A model generated the notes under the pieces. The model saw nothing but the letters and a program-made list of their open reading frames with translations, was not told the origin of the DNA and did no database searches. Below are positions 17,426-27,074 of a DNA stretch of 64,000 nucleotides, one piece after another. Each line of letters starts with the position of its first letter. Position 1 is the first letter of the stretch. Position numbers and translations under genes: made by a program. Source of the DNA: an uncultured Eubacteriales bacterium (GTDB taxonomy: Bacteria > Bacillota > Clostridia > Lachnospirales > Lachnospiraceae); assembly GCA_949289145.1 (NCBI GenBank), contig CASEML010000051.1:2306-66305 (forward strand), read 5' to 3'.

Positions 17426-20233
17426 CTATACAAAATCTTTTTCTTTTAATATCATATAATGTTCACTGTCATACTTTTTCCGAATTAAAGTACCAAGCAT
17501 ATTTTTTAAAGTTTTCTTTTGAGCATGTTCTATAGCCGCATCCATCATTTCTTTTACATCAACAAGAGATGGGATGATATCCGTTTGAAACTGCAATTCT
17601 GCTAATCGGCTGTACAATGCCAAAACTCCCATATCATCTATCTTACAATCATGTTCCAGCGCATATGATTTTGCAAATGCAACTAAGTCTGCGTTCGTAT
17701 ATGGGGGAAGGTCAATCTTTGCTGTAAATTTATTTCGGAAACCGTTATCTGCCTCCAGCAACTTCAACATTCTCTCTCTGGTATCTTCAATAATCACCAA
17801 GATAGTCTCCGTAGTTTCATCCAATACTTTAGAAAAGTTATGAATTGTTTCCATATTCATATCTGCTGCCTTTTCTATAATAAGTACTCCACCGGCCGCA
17901 CTTGCCGCCACAGATTCCGCATCCTTGTGATTCATGGCTTCACCTGTAATTCTTGCCACCTTGTTTCCCTTCATATTTTTGGACTTTTTAGCAGCCTTTA
18001 TAATATCTACCGCAAGCGTTGTCTTTCCTGTGGCAGAATCACCCATGATCACAATATTTCCCTTATCTGATATTTCATCAATGCTTTCTAAGGCACTTAA
18101 AATCTGCTCACTTACTCCGTCAATTTCTGTAAAATATTTAAAAATACGCTTGAAGCTTTCAGCATCTGCTTCCATTACAATTGGAATTTCTTCTTCCTCA
18201 TCTCCGACAATGCTTTCAATTCCTTCCGGCAGTCCTGCGGACAATTTCGACTCCAATTCTTCCACAGCATCTTCATCTTCCGGTTCTTCTTCCTTGCCAA
18301 ATTCGTCTAGTTCATCCAATTCTTCCTGTAAATCCTCTGCTGCTTCTTTCCTGTCCCATGCTGTATAATCTGTCTGATTTTTTTCCGTATCAATCTCTGC
18401 AGCCTTATCCTCCGTTCCTTCTAATTCCGGGCTTGATTCAGGCTCAGCCACACTGGACTTGTCAGATTCCTGTATTGCTTTCAGTGCCTCCTGAGCTTCT
18501 TTCATTATGACATCTTCTAAATCTCCAAATTCATACTGCATTTCTTGTAAATTATTTTCCGGCTCAGACTGAACTTCTTCCCGAATCTCTCCCTCAAATT
18601 CTGGCTGAATTTCCTCTTTCACCTCAGTCCGTAATTCTTCCTGTAAATCACCTTCTGCTTCCTGCTCCACATGGTCTTCCATTTGTTCAAAAATATCGGT
18701 TTCCTCAATGATTGCCTTTAAACCCTTATCGTGATTCTTATCCGTTTCTTCAGAAAGTTCCCGATCTTCCATCATTTTTTTCATTTCCTCAGAAATAGTT
18801 GGAACCACATCTGCCAGACGGTCCATAATATCCTCTGTTTCTGCAATTGCCTTAGCTTTTGCTTCTTTCAAAGACTTCTGTTTTTCTTCCTCTGCCTCCG
18901 CTTTGATTCGTTCCCATTCTTGAAGAACTTCTTCAATGCTCATCTGTCCGGTAATTTGTTTTTCCATAATATCTTCATCTGGAACACAAATAGATATCTG
19001 CCCATCACTGTCTTCTGAAAATATCTTTTCATATTCGTTTTCTGTCTGTGTATCTATTTGTTCTTCTTTTTCTTTCTCTATGATTTCAGTTTCCTGTTCC
19101 GGCTTCTGGGCATCCTGTAATTTCCCTTCAACTTCTTTGACTGGAATAATTTTAGTAGGAGCATCTGCAATATGAATAATAAATTCTTTGGTCTTTTCTA
19201 AATCCTCTTCCGGTTCTTCTTGTTTTTCCGTATCGCCCACCATTTCTGTATTTCTATTAACAGAAGTAATCTGACCCATAAGTTTTGCCGCTTCTGCCAT
19301 AACATTAGCATCTTCCTGGGCTATCTCCGGTTCGCTGTCATCCACATTTGGCAATTCTTTCGTTTCTCCTGTTTTCTTTTCTTCCATCAATCCGTCGATC
19401 TTACTCTCCTGAACCAGCTTCTTGATATTGTCCATTGTAGTATCCACTGTTTCTTTCTCCGTAGCCTCCAGAATCTGCTGCATGCTCTTTGCCAGCTCTT
19501 TCTGTAAATTTACGGTATCGTAGATTCCATAATTCATGGGCTTTACATTGATTTCCGGTTTCTCTTCCATAGCTTTCTCTGCAACAGCTTCTACTGCGGC
19601 AATAGACTTTTCTATCTGAACATCATTTCGGCTGTCGTACTTTTTCTGCTGTTCTTCGTTCAATGGCTGATAAAGCATTTTTAGTTCCATTGCTTTCTCA
19701 ACGTACTTTCCTTCCGCAAACCATAAAATCAGTTCATCGCATTCTGCCACACACTGTTCACTCATCCCTGCTCTGTGATACAGATACGCCAACTCAAACG
19801 CCCATTTTTCCACATACTCATGACGCTTGAATTCTTCCAATACCGCAATTCTCTCCTTCAACCCTACTTCCTGAGCCTCATAAAGCTTGTACTGCAAAAT
19901 ATATCTTCCGGTATCCCTTGGAGCTACTTTGACAAATTCCTTATAATATTCCACTGCATCTATGTATTCCTCTAAACGTATAGATAATTCTGCCAGTGAA
20001 TAAATAATCATTCGTCCATACGGATGCCTGTCATAGGCAATCAACATAACATCCCGGCTTTCCTCCAGCATGTCATTTTTCTCATATATTTCACCAATAA
20101 GACAGAGCATAGGGATACTTCTCACACGATTCCAGTCAATTGTATTAGCAATTTTCATTGCAGATACATAATCCTCCTGCTCTGCCAGCTTTCTAATCTG
20201 TTCTGCTTTTATGCGATATTCATATTTATCCAC
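17426..20233 (-). CDS. TPR-like N-domain / long acidic low-complexity linker / SpoVK-CbbX-like P-loop domain protein
   Basis: 935 aa. The N-terminal roughly 200 aa are helical repeats. Roughly aa 280-680 are Glu/Asp/Lys-rich. The C-terminus has GNIVIMGDSATGKTTLAVDII (Walker A) and GGVLIIEKAADM (a Walker B-like site without the DE pair). Confidence 0.6.
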   Translation of the reverse strand: MDKYEYRIKAEQIRKLAEQEDYVSAMKIANTIDWNRVRSIPMLCLIGEIYEKNDMLEESRDVMLIAYDRHPYGRMIIYSLAELSIRLEEYIDAVEYYKEFVKVAPRDTGRYILQYKLYEAQEVGLKERIAVLEEFKRHEYVEKWAFELAYLYHRAGMSEQCVAECDELILWFAEGKYVEKAMELKMLYQPLNEEQQKKYDSRNDVQIEKSIAAVEAVAEKAMEEKPEINVKPMNYGIYDTVNLQKELAKSMQQILEATEKETVDTTMDNIKKLVQESKIDGLMEEKKTGETKELPNVDDSEPEIAQEDANVMAEAAKLMGQITSVNRNTEMVGDTEKQEEPEEDLEKTKEFIIHIADAPTKIIPVKEVEGKLQDAQKPEQETEIIEKEKEEQIDTQTENEYEKIFSEDSDGQISICVPDEDIMEKQITGQMSIEEVLQEWERIKAEAEEEKQKSLKEAKAKAIAETEDIMDRLADVVPTISEEMKKMMEDRELSEETDKNHDKGLKAIIEETDIFEQMEDHVEQEAEGDLQEELRTEVKEEIQPEFEGEIREEVQSEPENNLQEMQYEFGDLEDVIMKEAQEALKAIQESDKSSVAEPESSPELEGTEDKAAEIDTEKNQTDYTAWDRKEAAEDLQEELDELDEFGKEEEPEDEDAVEELESKLSAGLPEGIESIVGDEEEEIPIVMEADAESFKRIFKYFTEIDGVSEQILSALESIDEISDKGNIVIMGDSATGKTTLAVDIIKAAKKSKNMKGNKVARITGEAMNHKDAESVAASAAGGVLIIEKAADMNMETIHNFSKVLDETTETILVIIEDTRERMLKLLEADNGFRNKFTAKIDLPPYTNADLVAFAKSYALEHDCKIDDMGVLALYSRLAELQFQTDIIPSLVDVKEMMDAAIEHAQKKTLKNMLGTLIRKKYDSEHYMILKEKDFV

Positions 20234-20315
20234 AACTACCTCACCTGCCCCAAATTATTACATAATTTCTTAATATCATCTAATTAAAAGTTTATCATAT
20301 ACCATTATAGATGTC

Positions 20316-20362
20316 AAAAACAAAAAAGCAGCCGTCTTTACTTTTCATTTCAAAACGGCTGC
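20316..20362 (-). terminator. Rho-independent terminator in the long spacer between the CPBP gene and the TPR/AAA gene
   Basis: Stem GCAGCCGT(20328-35)/ACGGCTGC(20355-62), followed on the minus strand by TTTTTTGTTTTT. Confidence 0.55.
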
Positions 20363-21135
20363 TACTCCATATGTACTTTTCTTCTTTTCATTTTATATTT
20401 AATATCAAAGATTTTTTCTTGTGTTTACCTGCTTTTGATTCTTTTGTTCTTTGTAAGAATACAAGTATCTTCAGCATTTTGAAATGATGACTTTCTCTTT
20501 GGTTTCTACTTTCTTTCGTATTATATATATAAATTTATTATATATATCGAATCTTAATACGTATGCCTATAACCAGCTTAAAATAATATATTTTGCTTTG
20601 GCTATGAATACTTTAAATATGTCTGTTTCTTTACACATCCATATTCATTCTTACTGTGATGAATGTTTCAATATGCGATAAGCAACACTTTTTTCGGATT
20701 CTCTTATCTTTGATTCCCTATTTCTTATTTTTCTTTATCCGAAACTCTATATAATCTCTTATAAAGATATTATTTACTGCTATTGTAATATAATTCTTTG
20801 CTAATTGATTATTCACAGGATTTATAACTTATCCATCACACATATTGAAGTAAAGTTTCTGCATTGTCCATTGGAATCAATCCTCCCAACTTGTATTTAT
20901 TTTTAGCTTTTGTATGTTACAACGCCATCTATTATTTTACTGTTTCCAACTCTGCAAAAATCTTTTTCGTGTATTTCTGCAAAGCTTTTAAGGAAACTAG
21001 ATGAATAATGATTCGTTGTTTTTTGATATGTTTATACTACCATCTTCGTCAATATTTGTCAATACTTTTCGAAGATTTTTTCAAAATATTTTTACTATTA
21101 ATTTAAACTTCTTAAAATATATCGCATTATTTATG

Positions 21136-21860
21136 CTAATTGTTTGTACTTTTCTGACAATTTATTTTTAAAAGATTGAGGACTAAAACGGAAGCAATGG
21201 CTAAGATAACTGCTAGCACCATTCTGACAATAAATTGTAATTCTGGCAAAAAGGGTATAATAAAATTTGGAAGATTTGCAAAAGTATGTGCAATAATAGC
21301 AGGATATAACGACTTTGTTTTTGCAAAAATTATTCCAAAGCAAATACCCATTAATGTTGCCACAATAGTTAGCCACAACCCCCCAGCCATTAAGTGTGCA
21401 AGACCAAACATAAGCGAACTTACTAATACAGCCACCCAAGTAGGAAAACTTTTCTTTAATTTATTTAACATAATTCCACGGCACAACACTTCTTCCATCA
21501 CTGGCTGTACCACTAAAAGCGTTAAGCCCATCATTACCACACCAAATCCCGGAATTATATTAGAATAAAACATAACGCTTCTTTTCATTTGTTCATCATT
21601 TGCAAATGATAAATCATATGTAATAAATGCCCATGCAAATGAGAATAAAAATGCTGCCAAAGCCGGATATATGCATAATTTAATTTTTATAGGTACGATG
21701 CTCCACTCTTCTTTTACGTTTTTTTTTTACGAATTTTTATAAATAATGTAAAAAGACCAGTAGCAGCTACAGATATAATTGTCATAAGAAATAGATGGTT
21801 CATACTAAAATCTATTAAATCGCTTTCCGTCTGGATCCCTGATATGACACCGATTATCAT
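21136..21860 (-). pseudogene. CPBP (CAAX/Abi) family intramembrane glutamic endopeptidase, reading frame broken at a homopolymer
   Basis: The intact C-terminal ORF 21136..21660 carries EEVLCRGIM, FGLAHL and HTFAN motifs. The TM-rich N-terminal part (MIIGVISGIQTES...LFTLFIKIRKKK, ATG 21858-60) is in another frame. The frames join at a T10 run (21719-21728). Confidence 0.6.
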
Positions 21861-21952
21861 AAATGCTATTTGAACTGCCAATTACAAAATAAAATATAAC
21901 CCAAAGTAAATAAAAGATTCCAGAACATTTCTCATTCCCACTTTACCTCCTT

Positions 21953-24900
21953 TTATGCAAATTCCAAACTATTCTGCTCAAAGCTCAACGATGTATATTC
22001 AAGTTCATCCTGCTCTGTCTGGCTGCGGTAGTCCACTACTACGGTCTGCTGTCTTCCGTCGATGAGTTTTTGTCCCAGTATATAATTCACTTCAAATCTT
22101 GCGGTTATGGCTGGAGTGGCACCTCTTGCCGGAACGATCAGCTGTACATTATTGGCTTTCAGGAGCTTAAAGATTGGTTCCCAAATGTATACATCTTTTG
22201 CCGCTCCAAAAGGATTGTCAATGAAAATTACATTTTTCAGCTTCAAAGGATCTGCGTTGGCAGAGTTCATGCTAGTAATATAATGAATGATGGCTACTAA
22301 GAACTGAATGTAAATACCCTGAGACTGTCCTGTACTTCCCACAGCTTCCTCATACTTTAAGTAGCGGCTCTGTTCTTTTATACGTTCTCTCTTATAAAGA
22401 TTTAATTTGATTAAATTCATGTCTTTTACAATAACAGAGAACAGCTTTTTCCATGCCAGCTGGCTTCTGATATATTTCACTCGCTCTGCCTCTGTGGCAA
22501 AACTATCGGCAGTCTGAATAATATGGTCAATATAATCTGACATAGCAGACGCATACATTTCTTCTTTAATATAAGGGATATTTAGGGTAATCATAGGTAC
22601 CAGTTTATCATCCAGCCAAATTCCCGATAGTTTGGGTAGTCTGTCTAAGGCTGCCTTCATATTAACGCAGGTTTGCAGACATTGACTTTCAAAATTCTGT
22701 TTTATTTTCTCCATGTCAACAATACCCTTTTCCACACCGGATTTTTCCAGTTCAATGCAGGAGATGGTATCTTCAATATTTGCTATTAACATATCTGCCT
22801 CTGCTTCATTGGAAGGGCTTTCAATACGTTTTTCTACTTCATTTGCCAACTCATAGGCTTGTGTCTTTAACAATGTTTCTTTCAGGCGATTTTTATCTTT
22901 TTCAAAGGCTTCCCTGCGCTGGTATTCCTCTTTCATAATCTTATCATAAAGGGTTCGAAGTTCTTTATAAGTCTTCTTTAAGGAAGTTTCATCCTCTAAA
23001 ACTCCCTCTTCACCTTCCATTATGATGCCGGCGGATTCTATCATGCGAATCATATCTTCACTGATGGCCTCTAACCCTGCCAGTTCCTTCTCTATCTGTT
23101 TTTCTTTTTCCATGGATTTTTTTATATTATTGTCAATCACCTGTGCCAGATTTTTGTACTCGCTGATAAATCTTGTAAGCTGCTCGCCGGACAGTTCAAG
23201 GGGCTGGTACCTTCCATATTTTTCTTCTACCAGAGTTTTTCCATGAGCGATACTTCCAAATTTCCGATTGGCAGATTCTGCATAAGCCTCCAACTTCCTT
23301 TTTGTAATTTTAATTTTTTCTTCTACTTCCCGGATTTGTTCTTTTTGGTATTTTAATTCTTCCAAACTCGTTCTCATCATTTCATGGCGTTCATATATTG
23401 CCTTTAATTCCTCCAAGTTTCCATTTCTATATTCAATGGCAGAAATACACTTTTCCATTTGCGCCTTATAGTTTTCCGCCAGCTTCCTCTTGTCTGCAAT
23501 ATCAACATTTTCTGCCACAAAATTATCCCGCAGCCCCATAAATTTTATTTCCAATTCTTCCATAGATAAAGTGCTCAAAGAACTGTCTGTGAGCACTGTC
23601 TGCTCTTTGTAATATGGCTGAAATTCTTTTTCCCATATGTCCTTTCTGTTCTTTAAGATGGTTTCCATGCCCTGATACCTTTCTCTCAGGGTGCCTATAC
23701 GTTCCCGTAAGGATTTCAACTGGTTGCTATAATCTTTTAGGACTGTCTCTCTTTGGGAAACTGTTTCTTTTAAAACTGTTAATTCTCTTGCTTTTGAACT
23801 GTAATGACTGTATAATTCCTGGATTTCTTCTATTATCTTTAATTCCTGCTCCACACTTAGCAGTTCTGCTTCCTGTTTGTCTTTATATTCCTGAAACTGA
23901 TTCTTCTTGTTATACAAGTTATTTTGCTGTGCCTGAAGGTTGTCTGTTTCTGCTGCAATATCTTTCAGTTTTAATTTGTTTTCTTCATATTCTTTTACGT
24001 TATCTGGCTTTTCTGTCAAATATTTGCTCTCAAACTCTTCCATAAATGAAATATCAGATTTTATAAATTCTGTGCGCTCTCTCAATACCATAAGTTTTTT
24101 CTGCTTTTCTTCCAAATCCTCCATGACGGATTTCAACGCCATAGACAAACTGTCTTCAGAAGTAAACTCAGACTTTTCTGTTGTCAAAAAATCTATCAAC
24201 TCTGTGGAATACAGTTCAGTCAGTGATGTCTCCAGTGCTTTCCCATTGATCACAGGAACCACTTTCCCTGTATTTCCAACCTTTTTTAAATTTTTATCAA
24301 ATCTGACGGATTCATAATCCTGCAGAACCACAATAGCATAAGGAAGTAATGGAACAATCTCCAACAACTCTTCCTGCTGTTCCTTCTCATATCTTTTTAG
24401 ATAAGAATATCCTGTGACCGCGCGCTCTTTTCCCACATTTATAATTTCTAATGTTTCCTTCAATTCCTGGGAATCTGCGAATAATTGTCCTTTTTCATAA
24501 GCTCTACATTTTGTCTTTAACCGGGCAATTTCCTGCTTTAACATTTCTGCTTCTATCAGACTATTCTGAAAAGTATAGTAAATCTTCCCCTTTAGCTGAC
24601 GCTCTTCGGATTCTTGGTAAAAATCTTTCAGCTTATCGATTTTTTCCCGATATCCACTGTATTCTTTCTGAAACTCTGCCAACTTTTCCTGTCGAAGCAG
24701 CAGTTGTTTTTCCTGCTCCTTTAAAATATTCAGGCGCAAACGGTTGGCGGAAATGGTTTCATCGGTCTGCTTTTCCTCCTGATGCACATTCTGTCTGCTT
24801 TCTGTCAGTTCCTTTACTTTCTGCTGTAATTTCCTTACTGCGGCACCGGCTTCTTCGTAAAGCAGCAGTGAAGTTTTCTGTTTTAATGCTTCCAATCGTT

Positions 24901-26371
24901 TTAGCTGATAGGTGCTGTCTTCCTGCAGCAAATGTATTTTGCTCTTCTGAAAGGTACTCTCTGATTCTTCCTTTTGTAATTTTTCTTTCATCACATTTTC
25001 TTCTGCTTCTTTCTCCCGGCACTGGGTCTTCAATACAGCCATGTGTTGCTGTAATTGCTGTCGTTGTAATTCTTCCAGTTCTTTCCACTGTTTTGCCAGG
25101 CACTGTAAAGCAGATTCCATATCACTTCCCGACTGACTGGTATGCTCGGAAGCAATTTTTGCCGCCTGATATTCCTTTTTATAGTCCAGATAATCCAAAT
25201 AATCGTTGGCGTTTTCCTTTAACAAAAGCTTTTTCTGATAACTGGATAATTCCTGCTCAAAGGAGATTAAAATCTCTTTGGTGTTCTTGACACTTTCATC
25301 TAATTTCTGCAGTTCCTCCTGCTCTATCTGCACCATAGCCGTATCAATCTTAGCCTCTTTTTCCTTTTTTTCCAGCAACAACTGCTCCCTGTGGGCCAGC
25401 AGATTTTCTCTCTGACTTTTCTGCTGCTCCATAGACTTGCTGCAGGTATTATATGTATAGATAAATTCCTTTTCAATACCTCGTTTTTTGTGGTACATAC
25501 CCTTTAAAGACTGAAGTCTTGCAATAAAGCTGTTTAATATTTCTATCTGTCTGTCATAATTGGCAATGTCATTTTTCTTTTTTGTCAGCTCCACTAATTT
25601 ATTCTTAATATCCAAAAGAAGCTTTGCAAAATCTGCTCCTTGTCCGGTGGTATTGTAATAGGACTTTTGAAGGATTTCTTCGATCAATAAATCCTCCACC
25701 ACTTTTCTGGTAGTCTTATAATTTGTTTCAAAATATGTACGCACATGACCTTCTGTCTTGTTGATACCACGAATGATTTCCCACTCGCTTTCATAAATGC
25801 CATAGTTGCTGATAAACTGCTGATACTCACCTTTACGTTCAAATATTTTTATAATAAGACTGTAATCTTTATGTTCTAAATCCTTTAAGTAATTTTTCAA
25901 CCCATGGTAAGTAATCCTCTCTTTACCGTTGCTCAAAGGAAGATTCTTAATATCATTGTCATTAAATTCCCGGTAAAATATCACATAATTAAAATATTCA
26001 ATAGACGCATTCTCCCGCTGCTGTGTTTCATCCAGGCTGTTTTCCTTTGCTTTTCTGGCACAGAAGCCTGTGGTCATATACTTATAGCCGTTCTTCACAT
26101 CATCACTGTTTAACTTCCATTCAATAAGAGAGTGAATGGTGCTGCTGCCGCTTCCGGTGCGGAACAGCTTTTCTATGGGCTGCTTTTCATCTAAAGTACA
26201 ATTTGGGATCATGTTTTGTAACAGAAGCAGCATCAGCACACTTTTTCCGCCGCCGTTTGCCAAATCGTAAATGGTATTTTTTCCGGAAAAACGCATGATA
26301 AAGTCATCATAAAATTGTGTTCCAAAGTTGTATTTTACATTATTTACGCGAATTCGATTAATATGCGGCAT
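21953..26371 (-). CDS. SMC/MukB/JetC-like ABC-type ATPase with a very long coiled coil
   Basis: ORF 21953..26437; the likely start MPHINRIRVNNVKYNFG (ATG 26369-71) overlaps the upstream stop by 14 nt. Walker A is DLANGGGKSVLM (26237-60). More than 1000 aa are K/E/L/Q-rich heptad-like sequence. A central non-coil segment reads LLPYAIVVLQDYESVRFDKNLKKVGNTGKVVPVING. The C-terminal head has GSTGQSQGIY (signature-like) and VIFIDNPFG (Walker B-like). Confidence 0.75.
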   Translation of the reverse strand: MPHINRIRVNNVKYNFGTQFYDDFIMRFSGKNTIYDLANGGGKSVLMLLLLQNMIPNCTLDEKQPIEKLFRTGSGSSTIHSLIEWKLNSDDVKNGYKYMTTGFCARKAKENSLDETQQRENASIEYFNYVIFYREFNDNDIKNLPLSNGKERITYHGLKNYLKDLEHKDYSLIIKIFERKGEYQQFISNYGIYESEWEIIRGINKTEGHVRTYFETNYKTTRKVVEDLLIEEILQKSYYNTTGQGADFAKLLLDIKNKLVELTKKKNDIANYDRQIEILNSFIARLQSLKGMYHKKRGIEKEFIYTYNTCSKSMEQQKSQRENLLAHREQLLLEKKEKEAKIDTAMVQIEQEELQKLDESVKNTKEILISFEQELSSYQKKLLLKENANDYLDYLDYKKEYQAAKIASEHTSQSGSDMESALQCLAKQWKELEELQRQQLQQHMAVLKTQCREKEAEENVMKEKLQKEESESTFQKSKIHLLQEDSTYQLKRLEALKQKTSLLLYEEAGAAVRKLQQKVKELTESRQNVHQEEKQTDETISANRLRLNILKEQEKQLLLRQEKLAEFQKEYSGYREKIDKLKDFYQESEERQLKGKIYYTFQNSLIEAEMLKQEIARLKTKCRAYEKGQLFADSQELKETLEIINVGKERAVTGYSYLKRYEKEQQEELLEIVPLLPYAIVVLQDYESVRFDKNLKKVGNTGKVVPVINGKALETSLTELYSTELIDFLTTEKSEFTSEDSLSMALKSVMEDLEEKQKKLMVLRERTEFIKSDISFMEEFESKYLTEKPDNVKEYEENKLKLKDIAAETDNLQAQQNNLYNKKNQFQEYKDKQEAELLSVEQELKIIEEIQELYSHYSSKARELTVLKETVSQRETVLKDYSNQLKSLRERIGTLRERYQGMETILKNRKDIWEKEFQPYYKEQTVLTDSSLSTLSMEELEIKFMGLRDNFVAENVDIADKRKLAENYKAQMEKCISAIEYRNGNLEELKAIYERHEMMRTSLEELKYQKEQIREVEEKIKITKRKLEAYAESANRKFGSIAHGKTLVEEKYGRYQPLELSGEQLTRFISEYKNLAQVIDNNIKKSMEKEKQIEKELAGLEAISEDMIRMIESAGIIMEGEEGVLEDETSLKKTYKELRTLYDKIMKEEYQRREAFEKDKNRLKETLLKTQAYELANEVEKRIESPSNEAEADMLIANIEDTISCIELEKSGVEKGIVDMEKIKQNFESQCLQTCVNMKAALDRLPKLSGIWLDDKLVPMITLNIPYIKEEMYASAMSDYIDHIIQTADSFATEAERVKYIRSQLAWKKLFSVIVKDMNLIKLNLYKRERIKEQSRYLKYEEAVGSTGQSQGIYIQFLVAIIHYITSMNSANADPLKLKNVIFIDNPFGAAKDVYIWEPIFKLLKANNVQLIVPARGATPAITARFEVNYILGQKLIDGRQQTVVVDYRSQTEQDELEYTSLSFEQNSLEFA

Positions 26372-27074
26372 CTTCCTGCTCCTTTCCCTGAATGATCTCG
26401 TAAAGTCTTCCCTTAGATTCTTCAAAATAATTTTCAATCAATGCCCTTGCCCTGTCTTTTAAGTAATATCTCTCCTCTGACTGTGCCATTAATTTTTGTG
26501 AAATCAGGAAATTTAGCACTAACTTAATGTAGCCTGCTTTGGAATTTTTTACGGCACGAATGGACTCCTCTGTGGCTGCCGGCAAATCACTCCACATCAT
26601 TGCCAGTGTCTTAAAGCTGTTTTCCTCTGTTTCCTTGTTGGTGAGAATTTCCAAATTATCAATTATATGCTTTAAAGAATAATCTACTGTTTCCATAATG
26701 TCTTCAATTTTCACGTACTCATTAAAATTGTATCCTGATGAATCTGTATAAAAGCAGGTAATGATCTGATAAATAATGAAATAACAAAGATACAATTCTC
26801 GATTCACCTTTAATCCCAGCTCTTTTCTCAAATCCCCATTGCTGAACCCAAAAGCCTGATTGTTATCTCCGGCAGTAATATAAAGGCAGTAATTGTATTC
26901 ATAAAGCTTAATATTCATACGGTTAAGCATACGGTTTACCAAATCATAGACTTGAGCATTGGTGCTGTATGCTTCGTACAATGAAACATTTGCTCCGCTG
27001 TTCCTCCCCACTTCTTCTCCGTCTAATAATCTGGTCAGTATATCAATTGCTTTATCTAAATTTCTTTCTTCCAT
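26358..27074 (-). CDS. MukE/MksE/JetB-like small subunit (putative)
   Basis: 238 aa with an acidic C-terminus. Its start overlaps the upstream gene by 19 nt and its stop overlaps the SMC-like gene by 14 nt. Size and position match the middle gene of MukFEB/JetABC operons. No motif-level proof. Confidence 0.45.
   Translation of the reverse strand: MEERNLDKAIDILTRLLDGEEVGRNSGANVSLYEAYSTNAQVYDLVNRMLNRMNIKLYEYNYCLYITAGDNNQAFGFSNGDLRKELGLKVNRELYLCYFIIYQIITCFYTDSSGYNFNEYVKIEDIMETVDYSLKHIIDNLEILTNKETEENSFKTLAMMWSDLPAATEESIRAVKNSKAGYIKLVLNFLISQKLMAQSEERYYLKDRARALIENYFEESKGRLYEIIQGKEQEDAAY

Noticed and set aside
17840-20287. Plus-strand ORFs inside the TPR/acidic/AAA gene (17934..18368, 18181..18510, 18731..19018 and others)
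   Set aside because: They read antisense to a GAA/GAT-rich acidic linker, giving Ser/Phe/Leu-rich open frames. No independent evidence supports them.
22070-26113. Plus-strand ORFs inside the SMC-like gene (23614..24045, 23940..24317, 24451..25290 at 279 aa) and the minus-strand out-of-frame ORF 24759..25103
   Set aside because: They are the antisense or off-frame reading of a K/E/L/Q-rich coiled-coil gene, which naturally lacks stops in other frames. The sequences are low-complexity Phe/Leu/Ser with no start context.
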